NCBI RefSeq assembly: GCF_006345805.1
Contig: NC_042997.1
Location: 187,178,001 to 187,242,000, forward strand
Length of the DNA stretch: 64,000 nucleotides
Direction of reading: 5' to 3'
Source of the DNA: Octopus sinensis
Taxonomy: Eukaryota
Both the position numbers and the translations under genes were made by a program. Each line of letters starts with the position of its first letter. Position 1 is the stretch's first letter. The notes beneath the pieces were generated by a model. It did not search any database. It was not told where the DNA came from and saw only the letters and a list, made by a program, of their open reading frames with translations. This document shows, in pieces, positions 25,016 to 37,904 of this stretch.

Positions 25016-25698
25016 CTTACAACATTCTGAAACCAGGATACACATGGTAGTTTCTTGGACTAAAAATCTACAAAAAAAAAATGTTAAAAAACAAAATACT
25101 ATAAAATATTTTTACCTAAAATTTTATATCATTTTAAGAGGTTTGTGGTAAATACCAAAGTATAGTGTTAAGTATTTTTCTAATGCTGACTTAACATAAC
25201 TAGCAGTAAATTTTTAACATCAAATCTGAAGATAAAATCTTACCCAGTTTCACTTGGTTAGGTTTTATATATTTTTTTCATCTCTTGTAAGAATTTGCTT
25301 ATTTCAGTATTTAGCATTAATCAGATTGCCACTGTTTAACTATTATCATAATGCCAAATCTCTGTGAAGGCTATTTTGTGATATAGGATTTTAATCTCTT
25401 TTTCTGCTCAATCTTTCTTCAAACCATCCTTGGTTCACATGCTACCAGTCAGCCTGAAAATATACAAATTAAAGTGCACGTGCGCACACACACACACACA
25501 CAAACACATGTATATTTAAATAAAATTCTCTACCATACACCCATATATATGTAATTACAACTTGTTCATTTATGGTTTAAGATATTAAATATGAATTATA
25601 TAAAATGTTTATCAGCACATATTCAGCTCAGAAAAATAAATGTTGCTTGTAGACATCATATATAATTTGTATTTAAAATCTTAACCATTAATCATCAC

Positions 25699-25924
25699 CG
25701 TCATCGTCATCTTCTTCATCATGCTTGTGGCCCACTGGGCCATGGCCCATATTGGCCCATACATAAACCTGGTCCTGCTTACACTTTACCATTTAAAAAG
25801 CAAAAACATATCGTCATCATCATCTTCTTCATCATGCTTGCGGCCCACTGGGCCATGGCCCATATTGGCCCATACATAAACCTGGTCCTGCTTACACTTT
25901 ACCATTTAAAAAGCAAAAACATAT
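25699..25924. repeat. 113-bp tandem duplication containing GGCCCA/TGGGCC palindromic motifs
   Basis: 25699-25811 and 25812-25924 are nearly identical. Confidence 0.9.
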
Positions 25925-26690
25925 GGTATAATATAGTCTGATGCAGTGCAAAAAAAAAGGCACCCAGCACACTCTGTTAAGGGGTTAGCATTAGGAAGGG
26001 CATCCAGCCTTAGAACCATGCCTCAGCAAACGGCTGGAGTCTGGACAGCTCTCTGCTTGCCGATCCATCCATGTCAAACTATCAAAATCATACCAGCATG
26101 GAGAGTGGATGTTAAATGATGATGATGATGATGAAGTATAGATATATGTACTAATGTAGTCTTAGGTATTTTCTTCTTTGGGATGGTCATGGCTCGATTT
26201 CCTTTGATCACATGTCACTTCAGTTGGGACAGCCTTGGGCTAAACAATGAAGATAACAACAAGTAGGTACCTGAGCTTGCCTACAGCTCACCATTTCAGT
26301 AGTACAATGAATGAGTCTTCTATTAGATTATTGTTTGAATTCACTTTCATGTGTGGGCTTGGAAAAAAGCAGAGTTTCCACCCAAATACTTAAACTGCAA
26401 ACCAGGTTTCTCTTCTCCAAATTCAGAAACACAATTTTAGTTAACCATATCATTGAACCCAGGATCTGGTTCTGATTCTAGGCTGTATAAGGTCTAATAA
26501 AGGAGCAGTAGTCAATTATAAAGGCAATCTCTTCGTGCACAGGTATCCACCACTAAGAGGAAATTTCGTTCAGTTGTAATGGGTTTCATTAATAACTACC
26601 TTTCAATGTAACTTATACAGACTTTTTCTTCTCTCTCTCTCATTCCCCGACCCCTCTCATTCTCTCACTAACTCTTTTTCCACTCCTCCC

Positions 26691-26811
26691 CTCCTCCTCC
26701 TCCCTCCTCCTCCTCCTCCTCCTCCTCCTCCTCCTCATCATCATCATCATCGTCGTCGTCGTCGTCGTCGTCATCATCATCATCATCATCATCATCATTC
26801 TCCTCCTCCTC
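26691..26811. repeat. Symmetric compound microsatellite (CCT)n(CAT)n(CGT)n(CAT)n(CCT)n
   Basis: Directly visible. Confidence 0.9.
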
Positions 26812-26999
26812 ATTCGCTCCCCCTCCTCCCCTCCCTCCTCACACTTTATCATTCTTACACTATCTATCACACTCACTTGCTTTCTCAATGTCTCTAGTTT
26901 ACCCCTTCTTTCACAGACAGACGCACACACACACATATGCACACCCATGCATATTCACACCAAGTATGTGTGTACATGCACATATTTACACATACACAC

Positions 27000-27036
<37 letters not shown>

Positions 27037-27349
27037 TGCATATACAAACACTTAATGATTTAGTATTGCAATGGTGCCAGCAATTTTTATTCGCATAGTC
27101 ACTATTCTAAGATATTTGAGACTGTAAATCATGAAATACTAAAAAAAGGTTCTGCGTGCATTTCTCCGTGTTTATGGATATACTTGTAAGTAAAGAGTAT
27201 AAATATATGCATTTATGAGTGTGCTATATGTGAGTGTTTATGTGTGTGCGTGTATGTGCATGTGTGTATGTGAATGCATGTTTATATATACTTGTATGTG
27301 TGTGCATGAGTGTGAATACATATAATTTTAAATGTCGTCTCTGCTATAA

Positions 27350-27391
<42 letters not shown>

Positions 27392-27750
27392 ATTACACAA
27401 GAAGGGCCCTGCCTAAAATGTCAGAACTTACCCTCATGGTACACAAACTTCTCTGTTTTACAAATTTTATTTACTGCTTTTTGATGATGCAAGCCATTGC
27501 TAGTTTCTTTAGACTCTAGATTTTTTCTTTGCATTTCTCTCACTTCTCTTTCTCTCTCACTGTATGCATGTAAGTAAGTACACATGCACACATACATATG
27601 TACGTACATACATACATACAAATATATATACGTACATACATATTTAGAGTTGATGATTCATTTCATTGCTGCTCAGAATGATTCATTATTAGCCTTGAAC
27701 AAATAAATAAACTCAACTATATGTATTGAGTTCTCTTCCCTTTGTGTGTG

Positions 27751-27801
<51 letters not shown>

Positions 27802-27804
27802 GAA

Positions 27805-27857
<53 letters not shown>

Positions 27858-28069
27858 CATCATTTTCCATGCTTGCATGGGGCAGACAAGATTCACTGAG
27901 GCAGATTTTCCAGCTATAAAACTCACTCACATGGCTACAATTGACCTGAAGCTATAGAAGAATAGATTTACCCAAGGTATCACACAGTGAGGCAGAATAC
28001 AATGCAAACCCCGCTTAACTCTCGTGCCTGCTCTTCCCTCTCACTTAATGATTACATCCCCACCCAATG

Positions 28070-28538
28070 TGCCAATCTGGGTAGAGACTTCAAACTTGAA
28101 ATCTTCAGGGCCACAGTCGAGCCAGTACTACTATATGGCTCAGAAACCTGGACGTTATCAAAGAAGCTTGAGAGGCGGTTAGATGGAACCTACACTCGCC
28201 TCCTTATGAGGGCTCAAAATCTCTCGTGGAAGCGTCATTCAACCAAAATGCAAATATATGGAAAACTACCACCGGTGTCATCTCTTATGAAAGGTAGGAG
28301 AGTCCAGTTTGCTGGACATTGTTGTAGAGTTGAAAACGAGGCAATTTCTACTCTTCTCCTCTGGAGGCCATCTGCTTGCAATACCAGAGGGCGCACACTC
28401 TCCTACCCTGATGTAATCTCCAGGGGTACAGGCATCCAGCCACAGGACCTCCGTAATACTATGATGGACCGTGAGGTCTGGCATAGCATGGTAAATTCCA
28501 TTGTCTCGACCTCGGTCGAACAATGATGATGATGATGA
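28070..28538 (+). mobile_element. 5'-truncated RTE-like LINE of a second family, ORF2 C-terminus
   Basis: Open frame FRATVEPVLLYGSETWTL...RRVQFAGHC...DREVW ending at 28526, then a (GAT)n tail. Confidence 0.85.
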
Positions 28539-29106
28539 ATGTGTCACATTCCCACTAACCTACACCTCTCAAAAAAACCCACAAATGTGCATCACTCCCC
28601 TCTTGTACCAACTTCCAGACACGAGTTTCTCTCATGGTATATACTGAAGTATAGTTTACCTCTGTTGCTAATACATACTTTTGAACAAGCTCACTGGCTA
28701 ATCGTGACACCAGCACCTGTTCTGACACTGTTGTTCTATAAATATTGCTGACAGGGAGATGAGTAGCTGCTATCTCTAGTGGTTGAGTGTCCATCACTGA
28801 CAAGAGCAAGGAAGGTTGAAATCATGTGATCTGGTAGTCTCAGCACTGGAGATGGTGGGAATTTATCTCCCTACTGGCAATATAAACATGAGTGTATTTT
28901 GCATCAAAAGCCAATATGAGAATTTCTCTCATGGTATCTACAACAGTATAGCTTGTTCTAATAGAACATCCATGTTTAAGTGGGGATAAATATTACTTCT
29001 CTATATTAATACTGCTTCTGTCACTAATACATACCATTTTCTTCTTTCTCTCTCTCTCCCTCTTTGACTAACTTTTCCTTTTTCTTACACCCTCTTTGCT
29101 TCTCTC

Positions 29107-29144
29107 TTTCTTCTGATGAAGGACTAACGTTCAAAACATTAAGG
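29107..29144 (+). ncRNA. Degenerate minimal hammerhead motif
   Basis: CTT-CTGATGA-A-GGAC-TAAC-GTTC-AAAA-CATT-AAG; G12 and a CpG are mutated. Confidence 0.35.
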
Positions 29145-29703
29145 CACTTTTCTCATTCCATTAAAGCATTAAGCTAATACCATATCTGTCAAACCTTGTC
29201 CTGCCTGTGTTGTCTTTTGCAGTAATTGTTCTCTGTATTTACACTGTATATACTTTGCAGAGGAGCATGGCTCGGTGGCTGAAAAGATATTTCTTTTTAT
29301 GCATCATGCTTTTGCTCCTGTTTTAAGCGTCCAAATATTCTCAAGAAAGCACAAACATCCTCTTAACTCTTGCACCTTTGATCAAGTGAAACATCAAAAC
29401 ATGACAGCTGGACGGAAAGAGCTGCCTCTATCTAACCTGGATGGAAGCAAGGTTTCTTTGAAGACAATCTGCATTCACCTTGTCACAGCATTATCATAGA
29501 GTTTCTACATCTTTTTATAGATGCAACAGTGCTATCTGTTGGGTCACTGTACCCTAGTGAATGCTGCCATTATTGGTTTGTGACTGCTCATTGGCTATCA
29601 GGCAGGATCCTTTGCAGTTAAGTTCTGTCTTTATTTAGAATTTTCTCTATCTGCCACTTATATCTGACACACATTAGATGTATAAGCCCTACAAAGGGAA
29701 ATT

Positions 29704-30320
29704 GTATGTATGTATGTATGTATGTATGTATGTATGTATGTATGTATGTATGTATGTATGCATGCATGCATGTATGTATGTATGTATGTATGTATGTATG
29801 TATGTATGTATGTATGTATGCATGCATCTATGTATGTATGTATGTGTATGTATGTATGTATGTATGTATGTATGTATGCATGCATGTATGTATATATGCA
29901 TGTATGTATATATGTGTGTTTGTATGTATGTATGTATGTATGTATGTATGTATGTATGCATGTATGTATGTATGCATGTATGTATATATGTGTGTTGTAT
30001 GTATGTATGTATGTATGTATGTTTGTATGTATGCATGTATGTATGTATGCATGTATGTATATATGTGTGTTTGTATGTATGTATGTATGTATGTATGTAT
30101 GTATGTATGTATGTATGTATGCATGCATATATGTATATATGCATGTATGTATATATGCATGCATGTATATATGTATGTTTGTATGTATGTATGTTTGTAT
30201 GTATGCATGTATGTATGCATGTATGTATATATGTGTGTTTGTATGTATGTATGTATGTATGTATGTATGTATGTATGTATGTATGTGTGTATGTATGTGT
30301 GTGTGGGCGTATGTATGTAT
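29704..30320. repeat. (TATG)n array with variant blocks, abutting a family A SINE 3' half (30395-30550, minus)
   Basis: Directly visible; source of the MYVC/HTYI ORFs. Confidence 0.95.
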
Positions 30321-30607
30321 GTTTGTGTGTTTCTCTTTCCTGCTCTCTCTCTTTCTTTCCTTCTCTCTTTCTCTCTCTCTTTCTCTTTCTCTCTCTTTTT
30401 TCACTCATTAGACTGTGGCCACGCTGGAACACTACCCTGAAGACTTTAGTTGAATGACTTGAACCTGGCACTTATACTATTTGTCTCTTTTGCTGAACCA
30501 CTAAGCCATGGGGATATAAGCACACCGGCACTAGTTATCAAGTGGTGATGGGAAAGAGACAGGGATAGAGAGAGGGAGAGGGTGAGAGAGAGAGAAAGAG
30601 AGGGAGA

Positions 30608-30668
<61 letters not shown>

Positions 30669-31113
30669 ATTCTGGGTTGTTGCTTGACTTTCTTGTTTCT
30701 TGGGTAGATTAGCAAGCAGACCAATGATTAAAGGATTTCCATCAACGACCATCCTGTCTTTTTAGTGGCTTGTAGGGCTACATTATTCTTATGTGCCCTT
30801 TCATTAAGTTTATTGAAGTGTAAGGTATGGTTTTAAGCTGCTATTTCTAAAGGTTCTCTTGTTTGTTCTGAAGAACGAAAAATGTGTCACAGGGTCAGTA
30901 GATTTTGAGTTCAATCTTACTGGAGACAAATTTGCCTCTTCATCGTTTAGGGGGTTGATGAAAATACTAATTAGGTCCTGGGGTTGATTTAATTTATTGT
31001 TATTATTACTGCTAATATTATTATTATTATTATTATTATTTTTTTTTTTATTATTATTTATTATTATTATTATTGTCATTATTATTGTTATTACTATTAT
31101 TATCATTATTGTG

Positions 31114-31545
31114 GCGAGCTGGCAGAATTGTTAGCACACCGTTCTGAGTTTGAATTCCGTCAAGGTTGATTTTACCTTTCATCCTTTTGGGGTTGATAAA
31201 ATAAGTATCAGTTGAACACTAGGGTCAATGTAATCAACTCATCGCCTCTCCCAAAATTGCTGCTCTTGCGGTAAAATTTAAAATCATCATCATCATCATC
31301 ATCATCATTTTTGTTTTTTTTGACAAGCTGGCAGAATTGTTAGCACACCAGGCGAAATGCTTAGCGGTATTTCGCCCATCACTACATTCTGAGTTCAAAT
31401 TCCACTGGGGGCCAACTTTACCCTTCATCCTTTCGGGGTCAATAAAATAAGTACCAGTTGATCACTGTGGGATGGGGATGGGTGTTCGATAAAATTGATT
31501 CTTCTCCTTGAAAACTGCTGTCCCTGTGGCAAAATTTGAAACCAT
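31114..31545 (+). mobile_element. Two SINE family B copies
   Basis: Heads at about 31114 and 31325. Confidence 0.8.
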
Positions 31546-31894
31546 TATTATTATCATTGCTGTCTGCAATGTTGACCAGGTCAGTTATATCTTGAAATTT
31601 AGCTGATGTTTTTTTTCTCAAATCTCAAATATTATGTAAAGATTTTTTTTTCAGAATTCAGAATGACATTGTTGTGCAACTCATCTGAATTTTAATTCCT
31701 TTGCCTCTTATTTTAATGAACAGACATTTTGGCATTGTTCCCATAGCTCTTATAGTTTTTATTTACCATTTTTATTTGCAGTCCTAGAATTTTCACAGTT
31801 CAAAGGCAAGTCAATGAGTCTAATTCCTTTTCCATCAATGGTTTCAGGCCGAGAGAAATCTCTCAACAATTATCAATTTTCTCCAACATTCTTC

Positions 31895-32066
31895 TGCGGG
31901 TGGCACGTAAAAAGCACCCACTACACTCACGGAGTGGTTGGCGTTAGGAAAGGCATCCAGCCATAGAAACACTGCCAGATCTGACTGGGCCTGATGAAGC
32001 CTTCTGGCTTCACAGACCCCAGTTGAACCGTCCAACCCATGCTAGCATGGAAAGTGGACGCTAAAC

Positions 32067-32097
<31 letters not shown>
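31895..32097 (+). mobile_element. RTE LINE 3'-end fragment
   Basis: Shared 3'UTR and (GAT)n tail. Confidence 0.85.
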
Positions 32098-32328
32098 TTT
32101 TACTTCTTTGATTGTACAACATTTCAAAATCTATGATTTTGAGTATTTTGATTCATTTTTCTACTACAGCATCAAATTGGCAGTCATTAGAGAGTTGGAT
32201 TAAATGCCTTGTAGTATTTGTTCTGGCACTGTTCCACACCAAATCCCATCTGGGTCAATTTTTTGCATTCTCTCGTATGTACCCTCACCCGCTCTCCTAT
32301 TTGATGTTTGTTACACTACCTTGAAGGA

Positions 32329-32366
<38 letters not shown>

Positions 32367-32391
32367 AAATAAGCAACAAGAATGACTCCGG

Positions 32392-32484
32392 TAATTTGGT
32401 ATGATCGTTTCGTACTACATCATTTTACTAAATGTTGTAAGTATTACAACAGTTTTAAAATGCTGAGCACTCATCAGCCAATTA
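32392..32484 (-). ncRNA. Type I hammerhead ribozyme with intact core
   Basis: TAATTGG-CTGATGA-GTGCT...TGTTGTAA/TTACAACA...AGTAC-GAAA-CGATC-ATA^CCAAATTA. Canonical core, G10.1-C11.1 pair, long paired stem II, palindromic GATC in stem III. Confidence 0.8.
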
Positions 32485-33078
32485 TAGAGGTTTTCCATTA
32501 ATACAAAAATTTTCATATCAAGTGGCAACATTATAGAGAAGGTAGATATATAGACAAAGATGTGGATTTAAATTTTAAGAACATTTGAGGTAGTGGAGCC
32601 CATCAACTGACTGACTAAGATTCAGTTGTTCCAGACTACTGTAAAGTTCTGAGAGGGAAGAACAAATGAAAGGAGACAATAAAGATTTTCTAATTATAGA
32701 AATTGGGTAAAGGGGATGTCAGAATTCCATATAAGGAATTTATGTAGAAAACAACATTGTCACAACTAAATGCCAATTACTACTATTTGATGAACAGATT
32801 TGGCATTAGGAGAACTATTTAAACACATAAGAGATGACCATAATAGGACATCTGACTCACTAGAAAGAGCAGTTAAACTCCAAACCACTAATAGTTGTAA
32901 TTCTGAAAGGGAAAGAGAAATAAAAAGTTTACCCAATCTTTCCTGGACTATGCATAGTTTCGGCAATCTTTTGTAACTATAATAAAATGATTTTAATTTA
33001 CAATTGCTGTTGCCAGATATATATATATTATATATATATATATATATATATCAAAATAAGCAACAAGAATGACTCCGG

Positions 33079-33171
33079 TAATTTGGTATGATCGTTTCGT
33101 ACTACATCATTTTACTAAATGTTGTAAGTATTACAACAGTTTTAAAATGCTGAGCACTCATCAGCCAATTA
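33079..33171 (-). ncRNA. Type I hammerhead ribozyme with intact core, second copy
   Basis: Identical to 32392-32484. Confidence 0.8.
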
Positions 33172-33701
33172 TAGAGGTTTTCCATTAATACAAAAATTTT
33201 CATATCAAGTGGCAACATTATAGAGAAGGTAGATATATAGACAAAGATGTGGATTTAAATTTTAAGAACATTTGAGGTAGTGGAGCCCATCAACTGACTG
33301 ACTAAGATTCAGTTGTTCCAGACTACTGTAAAGTTCTGAGAGGGAAGAACAAATGAAAGGAGACAATAAAGATTTTCTAATTATAGAAATTGGGTAAAGG
33401 GGATGTCAGAATTCCATATAAGGAATTTATGTAGAAAACAACATTGTCACAACTAAATGCCAATTACTACTATTTGATGAACAGATTTGGCATTAGGAGA
33501 ACTATTTAAACACATAAGAGATGACCATAATAGGACATCTGACTCATTAGAAAGAGCAGTTAAACTCCAAACCACTAATAGTTGTAATTCTGAAAGGGAA
33601 AGAGAAATAAAAAGTTTACCCAATCTTTCCTGGACTATGCATAGTTTCGGCAATCTTTTGTAACTATAATAAAATGATTTTAATTTACAATTGCTGTTGC
33701 C

Positions 33702-33745
<44 letters not shown>

Positions 33746-34399
33746 GTAGAGCATTGAGTATTCCTTTCATTTGGTAGATTACCAGGCAACCTCACTAGAG
33801 TTACTGCCATGATAAAACATATCCAATACATTCTGTAAAGGGGATGGCAAATGAGCAGAGGAACTGTAGGGTTAAGACCCTTTAAGTTTGTCAAGGATAT
33901 GACAGCCTCTCTAGTACTGGTGCCATAATAAAATGCACCCAATACATGGTATAAAATTGTTGCTTCTAGAAAGAGCAATCATGTGTGGAAACCAAGCTGG
34001 AAGAAAATGTACAGGTGAGAACGGTCTCCTAATCAAGTCTAGGAGGAAAATAACTTGAAAACTGACTTGGGCTATGATGACTCATCCAACCCATGTCAAC
34101 ATGGAAAACAGATGTAAAATGATGATGATGAAGTGATGATGATCATATATGTCAATTACATGGTCACCAATTTATGGGGAAAAATCACAAAATCTAACTA
34201 CTATCAATCATTTTGTGTAACAGATTGTAGTTGATCGCCATACCATTTTCATCTACCTCCCAACTTTCCAGAGTATATATTCCATGTATTCTCAAGTGTT
34301 TTCTTTTCTATCCTTTATGTGTCATCTCATTACATCCATATGCTGTATCAAAATAGCTACTCATCCAGCATTTGCTATTTTGTTGACCTCTGTCCACAA

Positions 34400-34783
34400 G
34401 TACATTAACACCAACATTAAAATGAAAATCAAATGGAAATTGTAGTTAAGATACCTGTACCAGTGACACGTTAAAAGCACTGTCTGAACATGGCAGATGC
34501 CAGCGCCGCCTGACTGGCATCCGTGTCGGTGACACGTAAAAGCACCCACCGATCATTGCTGTTTGCCAGCCTCCTCTGGCTCCTGTGCTGGTGGAATGTA
34601 AAAAGCACCCACTACACTCACGGAGTGGTTGGTGTTAGGAAGGGCATCCAGCTGTAGAAACACTGCCAGATTAGACTGGTGCCTGGCGCAGCCTCTTGGC
34701 TTCCCAGACCCCGGTTGAACCGTCCAACCTATGCTAGCATGGAAAACGGACATTAAACAATGATGATGAATGACGATGATGAA
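34400..34783 (+). mobile_element. RTE LINE 3'UTR fragment
   Basis: Shared 3'UTR motifs and tail. Confidence 0.8.
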
Positions 34784-35259
34784 GGTTTGTTCTAAAAGAT
34801 TGTTCATACACAGCTGTAATGAAAGTTTTTATTTTCCTCTTTAGTACTCCACCTTCCAGCAAATCCTACTATTATTCTCTTGTATCTTCTGTTTGACTCC
34901 CAAACTGCATATACAACCTATTCACATTCCAGTTTTCATCCTCTCTCACTCTCTTTGTTGTTGTTGTTGTTGTTGCAATCTTTATCTGTTTCTATATATT
35001 CACCATTGATCTTCCAGGTTGTACATGCAAGCTTAATCTTCCCTTTTCCCAACATACTTTTCTTGCTCTAAAATTGTCAAATATATTAAATCTGTTATAT
35101 TTAATGTCTTCCTTCTTCTGTCTTTCCATAGTATATCTAATCTATCGACACTACTCTGCAGATTGTAACCCTTTGTTTATTGTCAGTTTTCTGGTACCTT
35201 TAACTGTTTCATCCAGTCCATGTTTTGTACAATGCAAAAAGACTGAACATTATCTAATA

Positions 35260-35648
35260 CTAGCAGTATTGCCCGGCATTGCTCAGGTTTGTTTCGACCC
35301 TTTAGAATTGGAATTTTTGAAAAGTAAAAATTTTGCAGTATGTAGCTTGTTATACTCTTTAAGTGAACATTTTTCTGATTGAAATACACCGAAAAATGGT
35401 GACACAGCAGTCAAAAAATCGTAAAAATAGGGATTTTCATAGAAAAAAAGCACCTTTTTGATGTTAATAATTTTTGGTCTTAACATGGTCTGATTTGAAG
35501 TTTTTCTTCTATGGAATGTAGAGCAAGCCTTCTTCTATCATACTTTAAATTTTGGTCAACTTGTGCCACAGGGTCTCGAAGGAGATAGTGTTAGTTGAAG
35601 GCTACCAAACTTGCCGCACACAGACAACTCCAGCTTTATATATATAGA
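35260..35648 (-). mobile_element. Non-autonomous Helitron
   Basis: Minus strand starts TC (A|TCTATATATATAAA), has a subterminal CC.GAGCAATGCCGGG hairpin, and ends CTAG|T; inserted between A and T with no TSD. Confidence 0.7.
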
Positions 35649-36181
35649 TTGGTGTTGCTTACATTATAAATCCCTTTAAAAATGTTGCTAATTCTCCCTA
35701 GTTTGTGGCAAGATCTCCTTAAAAACCAAGAGTTATCTTGTGGCTATGATCTCCTTTTAGTTTATGGTTAAGATCTCTCTGATCTTTCTCTAATATTCAT
35801 TAACTTTATCTTTCATTTCCTCCTGTTTACCCTCATCATTGTGCATATCACCCAACTATGGTTGATCGAGGGGAATTATAAAAGGAAGCTAGTATTTAAA
35901 CCACATGTCCTTGTTATACAAATTAATATATCCACAGGGCTTTGGTCAACCAAGAGTTGACCTCAATGATTTTATAGCCTGTACTGCATGCATTTTATGA
36001 TGCCACCAATACTAGTGCCCTTTTCTTATACTTTTGCAGAACAAAAAGGACCCTCTTATCATTCTGTATTGCTTCTGTTTGCATGGAGCAATGTGACTAA
36101 CAGACTGGGTAGAAGAGGGATGATTGCAGCAGCAGAAGAAGAAATGTTTAAAGAAAAATGGAAAAAAAAACAAAACAAAAA

Positions 36182-36306
36182 CAGGAGTGGCTGTATGGTA
36201 AGTAGCTTGCTTATCAACCACATGGGCAAGTGTCTTCTACTATTGCCTCAGGCCAACCAAAGCCTTGTGAGTGGATTTGGTAGACAGAAACTGAAAGAAG
36301 CCTGTC

Positions 36307-36356
<50 letters not shown>

Positions 36357-36600
36357 GTGTGTGTGTGTGTGTATGTATATGTTTGTGTGTCTGTGTTTGC
36401 CCCCACCAACATCGCTTGACAACTGATGCTGGCGTGTTTACATCCCTGTCACTTAGCAGTTTGGCAAGAGAGACTGATAGAATAAGTACTAGGCTTACAA
36501 AGAATAAGAACTGGGGTCGATTTACTCGACTAAAGGTGGTGCTCCAGCATGGCCGCAGTCAAATGACCGAAACAAATAAAAGAATAAAAGAATAAAAGAA
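36182..36600 (+). mobile_element. SINE family A, full length
   Basis: Head, internal (TA)n(TG)n, and AAAAGAAT tail. Confidence 0.9.
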
Positions 36601-37289
36601 AAAAAAAGAAAAAAAAAATACAAAATCATCTCTGAAAGCATCAAAGCTTAAAATGGTGATATAGTTGTCTATCTTAGGCTTCTAGCTAACAAATAAATTT
36701 GTGAAACCTGCTGAAACAATATTCTAAATTATATCAAAACTGAATTAATATTCTTCTCAACAATCAGGCTTTTGTTTTTTCTTTTTGCTCAAACTGACTT
36801 TCCAAATTATTTCAGTTTATTGACCCAACAGTTCTATTGATGCAGCAATAATTTGGTTAGAGATATTGTCTTCTGTTTTGCCAGACTTTCCTTTACATTT
36901 TTCTATCTGAATCTACTTCAAGCTATGTTCCTCATTAGCTGTATTCAGCTTCTGTCAGCAAATCAGTCTTAATTCTGATAAATGTATTTATAAAAAAACA
37001 AACAAAAAGGAAAAAAAAACCCATCCAGCTTCTGCAAGAAATAACAGCTACGTATGACTAAAGTGTAAAATATTAATCAGATTTTAGTCACTACCAATGA
37101 CAAATTGGCAGAGTCATTTGGTGCTGGTATGGCTGTGTGGTTAAGAAGCTTGCTTTCCAACCCATGTGGTCTTAGGTTCAGTTCCAGAGCACAGTACCTT
37201 GGGCAAGTGCCTTTTAATATAGTCATGGGCTGACCAAAGCTTTGTGAGTGGAATTGGTAGACAGAAACTGAAAGTCCAACTGAAAGGCA

Positions 37290-37640
37290 GCGGGCTGGCA
37301 GAAATGTTAGAATGGTGGGTGAAATGCTTTATGGTATTTTGTCTGATGAAAGGCAAAGTCGACCTCAAATTCCGCCGAGGTTGACTTTGCCTTTCATCCA
37401 TTCGGGGTCGATTAAATAAGTACCAGTTGCACACTGGGGTCGATATAATTGACTTAATCCGTTTGTCTGTCCTTGTTTGTCCCTTCTGTGTTTAGCCTCT
37501 TGTGGGTTGTAAAGAAATAGGTATTTCGTCTGCTGAAGTACCAGTTATATACAGAGGTCGATGTAATAGACTTAATCCCTTTGTCTGCCCTTGTTTGTTC
37601 CCTCTATGTTTAGCCCCTTGTGGGCAATAAAGAAATAATA
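37290..37640 (+). mobile_element. SINE family B with a second partial unit, preceded by a family A 5' part (37126-37273)
   Basis: A second unit follows AAAGAAATAGGTATTTCGTCTGC. Confidence 0.8.
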
Positions 37641-37672
37641 AACTGAAAGTCTATCATACATGTATGTGTGTA

Positions 37673-37711
<39 letters not shown>

Positions 37712-37904
37712 TCTTGTCTTGACAGCATATGCATTGAACAATGTCGTTTGTTTCCAGTCTTCTGTGAAAAACACATCTGGACATGGAAAATATTAACTTA
37801 CTTGGAAACAGGTGAAGGTTGCCAAAGAGCAGGGAATTTGGCTAAAGAAAATCTGCCTCAACAAATTCCATCTGACCTGTTCAAGTGTGGAAAAGTGGAT
37901 GTTG

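Larger units (their letters stand above)
32365..33703 (-). repeat. Tandem dimer, 687-bp period, (TA)n at all three junctions, one hammerhead per unit
   Basis: 32365-33016 and 33052-33703 are identical except for one substitution I could find (GACTCACTAG versus GACTCATTAG). Confidence 0.92.

Noticed and set aside
25380-26640. Possible minus-strand exons (strong acceptor near 25455, donor near 26307)
   Set aside because: All frames after the acceptor stop within a few codons and the short peptides are unrecognisable; indistinguishable from chance.
29618-30471. Long ORFs (up to 260 aa) of MYVC/HTYI type, and similar YI, LSIY and HPSI ORFs elsewhere
   Set aside because: These are translations of (TATG)n, (TA)n, (GATA)n and (CCAT)n microsatellites that lack stops in some frames.
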